Notes under the pieces: generated by a model
Told to the model about the DNA's origin: nothing
Databases searched by the model: none
The model's input: the letters and a program-made list of their open reading frames with translations, nothing else
Shown here: positions 44,393 to 50,606 of the stretch, in pieces
How the letters are laid out: the number at the start of each line of letters is the position of its first letter
Position numbering within the stretch: position 1 is the first letter of the stretch
Position numbers and translations under genes: made by a program
Assembly (NCBI GenBank): GCA_016214845.1
Contig: JACRMS010000003.1
Location: 24,110 to 88,109, forward strand
Reading direction: 5' to 3'
DNA from: Nitrospirota bacterium
GTDB taxonomy: Bacteria; Nitrospirota; Thermodesulfovibrionia; UBA6902
Length of the DNA: 64,000 nt

Positions 44393-44707
44393 CTATTCTT
44401 TCGCTTTCGTTACGGTTTCATACCTTAAAGGGAAATAGTTTCCGACTCCCCCGACAGGATATTGCCATGTAGTATGTGTCTCGGTTATTCCCTCTACTGC
44501 TGTCTTTTCCTTCACGAGAACATACTTGGGCTCTATTCTTAATGGGAAGTAATTCCCAACGCCTCCGATCGGGTATGTCCAGACCGTCTCCACGCTGCTG
44601 CCGCTTCCAACTTGAGCCGCCTGTGCATCTCCGATGAAACCATATCCGAGCGCCAGCATGAAAGTTAAAATCAACGCATAATATATTGTCCGTTTCATCA
44701 TGGTCAC
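44393..44707 (-). CDS. small secreted protein with an internal duplication (W.YP.GGVGNYFPLR x2)
   Basis: Signal peptide ...GYGFIGDAQA. Two copies of TVWTYPIGGVGNYFPLRIEP / TTWQYPVGGVGNYFPLRYET. RBS GGAGGTG upstream on the minus strand. Confidence 0.6.
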   Translation of the reverse strand: MTMMKRTIYYALILTFMLALGYGFIGDAQAAQVGSGSSVETVWTYPIGGVGNYFPLRIEPKYVLVKEKTAVEGITETHTTWQYPVGGVGNYFPLRYETVTKAKE

Positions 44708-44870
44708 CTCCTTCCTTCTATTTTCATCATATCACTCTGGTGGAATTTGTAAAGTGTTAGGTCAGTTACCAATCTCATAACGCTGCTTAATTAATGAACA
44801 CGATGCTCAAATTTTGAACTTTCATTTAGTGTCTTTCAAAATAAACAGGGTGAATTTTAAATGTTTTTAA

Positions 44871-44886
44871 TGGCATAAATATTGCT
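44871..44886 (+). promoter_or_regulatory. candidate sigma-54 (-24/-12) promoter of the cytochrome c / Aio-like operon
   Basis: TGGCATaaataTTGCT. It lies ~50 nt upstream of leader-motif copy 4 and ~140 nt upstream of ATG 45026. Confidence 0.55.
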
Positions 44887-44933
44887 CACTACTCACCACA
44901 AGTAATTCTGCGCCAGGTTTACATTTATAACTT

Positions 44934-45023
44934 ACGGTTACTTTAGCCCTGTTTTTACAGGTCATTAAAGCCCGGTTGATTGACACGATGTTTCGGGATC
45001 AATGCTAGGGCTTTTTTATTTTT
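44934..45023 (+). promoter_or_regulatory. conserved two-hairpin leader/terminator RNA motif, copy 4
   Basis: ACGGTTACTTTAGCCCTGTttttACAGGTCATTAAAGCCCGG, then an imperfect hairpin closed by GCCC/GGGC, then TTTTTTATTTTT. It ends 2-3 nt before ATG 45026. The upstream neighbour is on the opposite strand. Confidence 0.5.
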
Positions 45024-45025
45024 AT

Positions 45026-45412
45026 ATGGTGAACAGAGAAATTTTAATTTTGGTTTCATCCATAGTCATTATGGCTGTAGCTGTCAGTTTTAACCTGTCT
45101 TTTGCTGGAACAAGCCCTTCTCTGCCTGATGCAGAAAAGACCTATTCCTGGTACTGCGCGCCGTGTCATGGGGTCAAGGGCGACGGGAATGGCTTTAACG
45201 CGAAGAACCTCGACCCCCGGCCTGCAAACCACACGGACCCCAACCTTATGACTAAGAGGACGGATGAAGAACTTTTTGGCGTGATAAGCGGCGGGGGCAA
45301 GGGCGTCGGCAAATCCACCTTAATGCCGCCGTGGGGAAATACGTTTGACAAAGCCCGGATCGAATCGCTTGTTAAGTATTTAAGGGAATTGTGCAGGTGT
45401 CAGGAAGAATGA
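45026..45412 (+). CDS. monohaem class I cytochrome c
   Basis: TM/signal segment ILILVSSIVIMAVAV. Single CAPCH. Distal LMPPWG methionine context. ATG 45026 was chosen because the ORF-track start lies inside the terminator hairpin. Confidence 0.75.
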   Translation: MVNREILILVSSIVIMAVAVSFNLSFAGTSPSLPDAEKTYSWYCAPCHGVKGDGNGFNAKNLDPRPANHTDPNLMTKRTDEELFGVISGGGKGVGKSTLMPPWGNTFDKARIESLVKYLRELCRCQEE

Positions 45413-45421
45413 ATAAACATG

Positions 45422-45509
45422 AAAGTTAGAAGATAAGAAGGTGAGAAGCTTCGAGGCATTTATATGTCCTCAACTTCTCAGCTTCCCAACTTCTATCTTC
45501 TAACTTTTT
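45422..45509. repeat. heptad palindrome between the cytochrome c and Rieske (AioB-like) genes
   Basis: aaagttagaagataagaaggtgagaagcttcgagg ... cctcaacttctcagcttcccaacttctatcttctaacttt. Confidence 0.85.
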
Positions 45510-45532
45510 AAAACTCAAACAAAGGAGGACGC

Positions 45533-46066
45533 ATGAAAGAATCAGAGCTTCAAAATGAAGACGTAACGCGGCGGAGCATCTTGAAAACCGCAGGCATTGC
45601 AGCAGCAGGCGCGGCAGTTCTCATCAGCGGCTTGAAAGGCAAGGCCCGGGCATCAAATGGAACATATCCGCAGGTGAAGGTGTCAAACATCAAAGACCTT
45701 AAACCCGGCAAGGCAGTAAAGTTCGATTATCCGCTTGTCGGCAGGAAGAACATCCTGATCGATCTCGGCTGCGCGGTTGAAGGAGGCGCTGGCGCGAACA
45801 AGAGCGTTGTCGCGTACAGCTCGTTCTGCACCCATCTTGGATGCGGCGTTGATATGGACAAGGAAAGCGGGATGCTTGTCTGCGAATGTCACCAGTCCGT
45901 TTATGATCCGAAGCAGAGCGGGAAAGTGGTCGAAGGCCCTGCCCCCAACAGCCTGCCGATGCTCGCGTTGGAAGTGGACAAGAACGGCGATATTTACGCG
46001 GTCGGCGTTGCCGGACTTATTTATGGACTCAGAAACAATCTGCTTGACGGGGAGGAGGTAAAGTAA
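45533..46066 (+). CDS. aioB: Rieske [2Fe-2S] small subunit, arsenite-oxidase (AioB)-like, Tat-exported
   Basis: Twin-arginine motif TRRSILKTAGIAAAGAAV. Rieske boxes CTHLGC ... CECHQS. It directly precedes the molybdopterin subunit (1-nt gap). Confidence 0.6.
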   Translation: MKESELQNEDVTRRSILKTAGIAAAGAAVLISGLKGKARASNGTYPQVKVSNIKDLKPGKAVKFDYPLVGRKNILIDLGCAVEGGAGANKSVVAYSSFCTHLGCGVDMDKESGMLVCECHQSVYDPKQSGKVVEGPAPNSLPMLALEVDKNGDIYAVGVAGLIYGLRNNLLDGEEVK

Positions 46067-48418
46067 ATGAGCGACGAAAAGAAATTTTCCAGAAGGGATT
46101 TATTAAAGGTTTCGGCGGCAGGCGCAGCCGGGGTGTGCGCGATGAACGGGATGCCTGCGTTTGCGACAGGTAAATTTTCAGAGGCAAAGGCCACAGAATT
46201 TGCGGAGCTCCCTCCGGCAAATGCCGAGACTTATGATACCGCCTGCCGTTACTGCCATGTCATGTGCGGGTATAAAGTTTATATCTGGCCGAAAGGCACA
46301 GGCAGAAGGCCGGAAAAGGAAAAATTTTATCCGGTTGAAAAAATGAGGGGCGACTGGCCCAATCCCGTGTTCACCGTGGAGGCGAAAAAGAACGGCAAGG
46401 ATGTGAACATAATGATAGTGCCTGACAACAAGGACGTGGCAAGCGGATCAAACTATTCCATCCGCGGCGCGTTTAATGCCCAGAGTTTATATTCAGAGAA
46501 ACTTCCTACACGTATCCGCCTCAAAAAACCGATGATCCGCAAGGGCGGCAAGTCAGGCGTTCTGACCGAGGTTTCTTGGGATGAGGCGATTGAATTCACA
46601 GCGGCTAACTTTCAAAAGATCATTGATAAACACGGCCCTGACGCGGTCGGCGCTGTTTACGGCGACTGGGGTTATCTCCAGAATACCCACGCATTTTTAA
46701 AGTGGCTCTTCACCGGGATTAAATCCAGCACGCTCGCGGGCAACGGTTATCTGTTCTGGGGCGATGAAAGCTGGGGGCTTGCAGATGTTGTCGGCGGCGG
46801 GACCAGGTCTTTTACAGTGGAGGATTTCACAAAGACCAAGTGCATCTTCTGCGCCGGAAAAAATTTAAAGGACACAGGTTCATCATGGTATTACAACGCG
46901 TTGACAACCGGCGGGATGAACAAAGGCGACATTAAATTAATTTTTGTGGACCCGAGAAAGACACAGATGGCGGACGACGCAGTAAAAAGCGGCGGTCTGT
47001 TTCTCCAGATCAATCCCGGAACGGACGCGATACTTGGCGCATCACTGATGCACGTTCTCGTGAAGAACGATCTGTACGACAAAGATTTCGTGCAAAAGTA
47101 TGCGACTGGTTTTGACACACTTAAGGGAACCGTGTTGAACAGCAGATTCGCCCCTGAGAATGCCGAGAAGGTCACGGGCATCCCGGCTGCGAAAATCAAA
47201 GCGGCGGCAGAAATGCTGGCCAAGTACAAAGGCCAGACAATGGTCCTCTTTGAAAAGGGCATCATGCATCAAGTGACAGGCTATGAAAATGAAGTCTCAT
47301 ACAGCGCAATGGGAATTATCCTCGGCAACGCGGGCAAGCCCGGCGCGTGCACATCAAGGGCAGGCGGGCACCCGAGAGGAACATGGGCTGATCCGCCTGC
47401 GCCGAATGGAGACAGCGCGATGAGAAGCATATGCGACAAGATCGACAAGGGAGAAGTAAAGGCCCTGTGGTCGTACATCAGCAACATCTACGTTCAGCTC
47501 CCGAACCTGAGCAAATATAAACCGCAGATCGACAGGATGTTCCTTGTCGTAAATGAGATCTATCCCACCGACACAACTGCGGCCGCTGACGTGGTCTTTC
47601 CTGCCGCGACATGGGGTGAGTGGAATTGCATTCAGGCCAGCGAAGACCGCAGGATCCATATTCAGCAGGGCTTCATGGACCCGCCGGGTGACGCGAAACC
47701 CGACTGGTGGATAGTCGCGAAACTTGCAAAGCGCATGGGGCTCTCCGGCTTTGACTGGAAGAACGAGCAGGAGATATACGAGGAATGCAGTGCCCGGACG
47801 AAAGGCGATTTCACCAGCGACATTTCAGAGATCTCATGGAACGACCTGATTAAGGCAGGCACTAACGGCATTCAATTCCCGTACAGAAACCGCAGGAGCA
47901 TTTCACGGCTCTATTCCCCTGAAACAGAAGAAGTGATGGGCAGGCGGTTCAAGCACAAGGACGGCAAGGCGCATCTCGATCCTGTAAAAGCGCTGACTGA
48001 TTTTGAGCCGTACAATCATCCACTGAGGGACAAGATCACAGGCGAGTATCCTTTATGGATGATAATGCACCGGGCGAATGAGGTCTGGAACACAGGATAC
48101 AACTTTTACAACAACGGCCTCAATGTGCCGCTGACCCCGAATATCTATGAAAGGATATCGGAGCAGACCGTAAGCATCAATCCCAAAGATGCCAAGACGA
48201 TCGGAGTGAAGAGCGGAGACCGGGTCACTCTCAATTCACGAAACGGCAGCATAAAGGCTGTGGCAAAGGTATCCGGATTGACTGTCCCCGGAGTTGTAGA
48301 CGTCATGGCTCTTTATCCGAAGACCGAGTCAACGCCGAATATGGTCACCAGCGAGAAGGCAGACCCAAAGCTCGCTGAGTGGGACAGGATGGTGCCGGTC
48401 AATATTGTGAAGGTATAA
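46067..48418 (+). CDS. aioA: molybdopterin (bis-PGD) oxidoreductase large subunit, arsenite-oxidase (AioA)-like
   Basis: N-terminal CRYCHVMCGYKVY (CX2CX3C). A Ser sits where other family members have the fourth Cys (GSNYSIRG), i.e. an Aio-type 3Fe-4S signature. It has its own Tat motif SRRDLLK. 783 aa. Confidence 0.6.
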   Translation: MSDEKKFSRRDLLKVSAAGAAGVCAMNGMPAFATGKFSEAKATEFAELPPANAETYDTACRYCHVMCGYKVYIWPKGTGRRPEKEKFYPVEKMRGDWPNPVFTVEAKKNGKDVNIMIVPDNKDVASGSNYSIRGAFNAQSLYSEKLPTRIRLKKPMIRKGGKSGVLTEVSWDEAIEFTAANFQKIIDKHGPDAVGAVYGDWGYLQNTHAFLKWLFTGIKSSTLAGNGYLFWGDESWGLADVVGGGTRSFTVEDFTKTKCIFCAGKNLKDTGSSWYYNALTTGGMNKGDIKLIFVDPRKTQMADDAVKSGGLFLQINPGTDAILGASLMHVLVKNDLYDKDFVQKYATGFDTLKGTVLNSRFAPENAEKVTGIPAAKIKAAAEMLAKYKGQTMVLFEKGIMHQVTGYENEVSYSAMGIILGNAGKPGACTSRAGGHPRGTWADPPAPNGDSAMRSICDKIDKGEVKALWSYISNIYVQLPNLSKYKPQIDRMFLVVNEIYPTDTTAAADVVFPAATWGEWNCIQASEDRRIHIQQGFMDPPGDAKPDWWIVAKLAKRMGLSGFDWKNEQEIYEECSARTKGDFTSDISEISWNDLIKAGTNGIQFPYRNRRSISRLYSPETEEVMGRRFKHKDGKAHLDPVKALTDFEPYNHPLRDKITGEYPLWMIMHRANEVWNTGYNFYNNGLNVPLTPNIYERISEQTVSINPKDAKTIGVKSGDRVTLNSRNGSIKAVAKVSGLTVPGVVDVMALYPKTESTPNMVTSEKADPKLAEWDRMVPVNIVKV

Positions 48419-48424
48419 GGATTG

Positions 48425-48561
48425 GCCACAGAGGGCACAGAGGAAAGAAGATAGGAACTTAAGAGGTTAAGAAGTTGAGAAAAAAACAAAAAGAATTATT
48501 TCCTTTTCTCATCTTCAAAACTTCTCATCTTCTCAATTTCTAACTCTGGGTTCTCTGTGGT
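48425..48561. repeat. nested heptad palindrome between the AioA-like and bc-complex Rieske genes
   Basis: ccacagagggcacagagg + aaagaagataggaacttaagaggttaagaagttgagaa ... ttctcatcttcaaaacttctcatcttctcaatttctaac + tctgggttctctgtgg. Same architecture as 22186-22328. Confidence 0.85.
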
Positions 48562-48575
48562 TCAAAATTATTTTT

Positions 48576-49070
48576 ATGCAAAAAGATAATATCTCCCGCC
48601 GCTCTTTTCTCCGCTTGATCGGATGGGGGTCTTTTTTTGCCGCAACAGGTATATCAGTTGCCGGAGCATTAAGGTTCTTATTTCCGCGTGTGCTTTTTGA
48701 AAAGCCATCGGCTTTCAAGATCAGTGTTCCTGCTGAATTCAAAGGAGGACCGGACTATCAGGTTTTTGAAAATTGGAAAGCCGAACACTCAGTCTGGCTT
48801 GTGAGAGAAAGAAATCGAATATACGCCGTACATGCTAAGTGCACTCATTTGGGCTGCACGCCAAACTGGTTTCCTGACGAAGGGATATTTAAATGTCCCT
48901 GTCACGGCAGTCAGTTTCACAAAAACGGCATGAACTTTGCGGGGCCTGCTCCGAGGCCGCTTGACCGTCTCAATATCGCGATCGATGATGACGGCAACAT
49001 TGTCATAGACAAAAGCAGGGTGTACACGTTTAAGGAATTTGATAAACAGGGTGCGTATGTGGAGGTTTAA
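48576..49070 (+). CDS. Rieske iron-sulfur subunit of a cytochrome bc/b6f-type complex
   Basis: SRRSFLRLIGWGSFFAATG anchor. CTHLGC ... CPCHGSQF. Confidence 0.85.
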   Translation: MQKDNISRRSFLRLIGWGSFFAATGISVAGALRFLFPRVLFEKPSAFKISVPAEFKGGPDYQVFENWKAEHSVWLVRERNRIYAVHAKCTHLGCTPNWFPDEGIFKCPCHGSQFHKNGMNFAGPAPRPLDRLNIAIDDDGNIVIDKSRVYTFKEFDKQGAYVEV

Positions 49071-49797
49071 ACATTCCCAAATTTACAAATCCATCTTCCG
49101 CCACGGGTATGAGGACACTAAGGAAAACAGGATACGGCAGATAAGGTCCAATATCTTCCTCCATGTCCACCCGGCAAAAATACCTGAACATGCGATGAAG
49201 ATACGCTTTACCTGGTGCATGGGAGGGATAACCTTTTTTCTGTTTCTGGTGGAAACTGTAACCGGGATACTGCTGATGTTTTATTACCGCCCTGTCCCTG
49301 AGTACGCCTATCTTGATATAAAGTACCTGGAATTTGACGTGCCTTTCGGCGTGGTCCTGAGAAACCTCCATCGCTGGGCCGCGCACCTGATGGTGATCAC
49401 AATCATGCTTCACATGCTGAGGGTCTTTCTTACCGGCTCATATAAACCTCCGAGGGAGTTCAACTGGGTAGTCGGCGTAACCTTACTGGTCCTCACTTTC
49501 CTGCTGAGCTTTACAGGCTATCTCCTGCCGTGGGACCAATTGGCTTATTGGGCCATAACGGTCGGCACAAATATGGTAAGGTCCATGCCGGTAATCGGAC
49601 ATGAAGGCCCGTTTGCAGTAGTTGATAAATATCATGACGTGCGATTTATGCTTCTTGGCGGCACAGAGATCGGAGGAAACGCGCTGTTAAGGTTTTATGT
49701 GCTGCACATTATGGCGCTGCCCTCTGCCGCGCTCATTTTCATAGGCGTTCATTTCTGGAGAATAAGAAAGGACGGAGGTATATCAAGACCGTTATAA
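49057..49797 (+). CDS. cytochrome b (b6-like N-terminal part)
   Basis: ATG 49057 overlaps the Rieske stop. Four-helix core with haem-ligand contexts RNLHRWAAHLM and RFYVLHIMALP. ...LLPWDQLAYWA... Confidence 0.85.
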   Translation: MWRFKHSQIYKSIFRHGYEDTKENRIRQIRSNIFLHVHPAKIPEHAMKIRFTWCMGGITFFLFLVETVTGILLMFYYRPVPEYAYLDIKYLEFDVPFGVVLRNLHRWAAHLMVITIMLHMLRVFLTGSYKPPREFNWVVGVTLLVLTFLLSFTGYLLPWDQLAYWAITVGTNMVRSMPVIGHEGPFAVVDKYHDVRFMLLGGTEIGGNALLRFYVLHIMALPSAALIFIGVHFWRIRKDGGISRPL

Positions 49798-49866
49798 GGG
49801 ATTAGGGGTTAGGGATTGGGGATTGGTCTTTCACTAACCCCTGATCCCTAACCCCCAATCCCTAAG
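49797..49866. repeat. G-rich/C-rich heptad palindrome (GGGGATT-type words) between cytochrome b and subunit IV
   Basis: agggattaggggttagggattggggattgg tctttcact aacccctgatccctaacccccaatccctaag. Confidence 0.85.
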
Positions 49867-49871
49867 ACACT

Positions 49872-50561
49872 ATGAATAAACAAGAACGAAAATACGTCTT
49901 CCCTGACCTGGCGTTTATGGAATTTCTGACTGCCGTGGCGCTGACGATTATCCTGATCGTGTGGGCGCTGCTTGCCAATGCCCCTTTGATGGAGATCGCT
50001 TCACCGGCAAGGTCAGAGAACCCTTCAAAGGCCCCGTGGTATTTTGTGGGATTGCAGGAGCTGTTAGTCTATTTTGACCCGTGGATGGCAGGGGTCATCA
50101 TACCAATGATCATTATCATCTGCCTCGCGGTAATTCCATATCTGGACAGAAACCCGCATGGCAGCGGCGGGTACTCGCTTTCTCTCAGAAAGTTTGCGGT
50201 AATAAATTTTATCTTCGGATTTTCGATGTGGGCCATACTGATCTTTATCGGATACTTTTTCAGGGGGCCGAACTGGCAAATATATTTGCCGTGGGAGTCG
50301 TGGGAACAGGTCAAAGACCTTGAAGAAAATCTCTGGAGCTTAAACCCGGTGATCGGGTTGATATTCATAGCAGCATATTTTTGCCTGTTCATGATCTTAC
50401 CGGGGATGATAAAAAAAGATTTTCACAAGCGATACGGTCCCATCAGATACGTGATCGTCATGCTTGCATTGGCCTCAATGTATTTTGTCCCGGTGAAAAT
50501 ATTCTTAAGGCTTGCCTTCGGTATCAAATATGTTTTGGTGACACCGTGGTTTAACGTGTGA
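49872..50561 (+). CDS. cytochrome b C-terminal part / subunit IV-like protein
   Basis: APWYFVGLQELLVYF (PEWY-type motif) followed by TM helices. It follows cytochrome b after a 74-nt palindromic spacer. Confidence 0.75.
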   Translation: MNKQERKYVFPDLAFMEFLTAVALTIILIVWALLANAPLMEIASPARSENPSKAPWYFVGLQELLVYFDPWMAGVIIPMIIIICLAVIPYLDRNPHGSGGYSLSLRKFAVINFIFGFSMWAILIFIGYFFRGPNWQIYLPWESWEQVKDLEENLWSLNPVIGLIFIAAYFCLFMILPGMIKKDFHKRYGPIRYVIVMLALASMYFVPVKIFLRLAFGIKYVLVTPWFNV

Positions 50562-50569
50562 ATAAAAAA

Positions 50570-50603
50570 TTGGGTTGGGGGTTGGGGATTAGGGTTTGGT
50601 TAG
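50570..50603. repeat. single-arm G-rich heptad repeat just upstream of the octahaem gene start
   Basis: aattgggttgggggttggggattagggtttggttagg. It has four G-runs (GGG TT GGGGG TT GGGG ATTA GGG). Confidence 0.8.
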
Positions 50604-50606
50604 GTT

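Noticed and set aside
49797-49866. TTAGGG-like words suggesting telomeric repeats or a linear replicon end.
   Set aside because: The element is a short palindrome embedded between two genes of one operon. It is not terminal and not an extended array.
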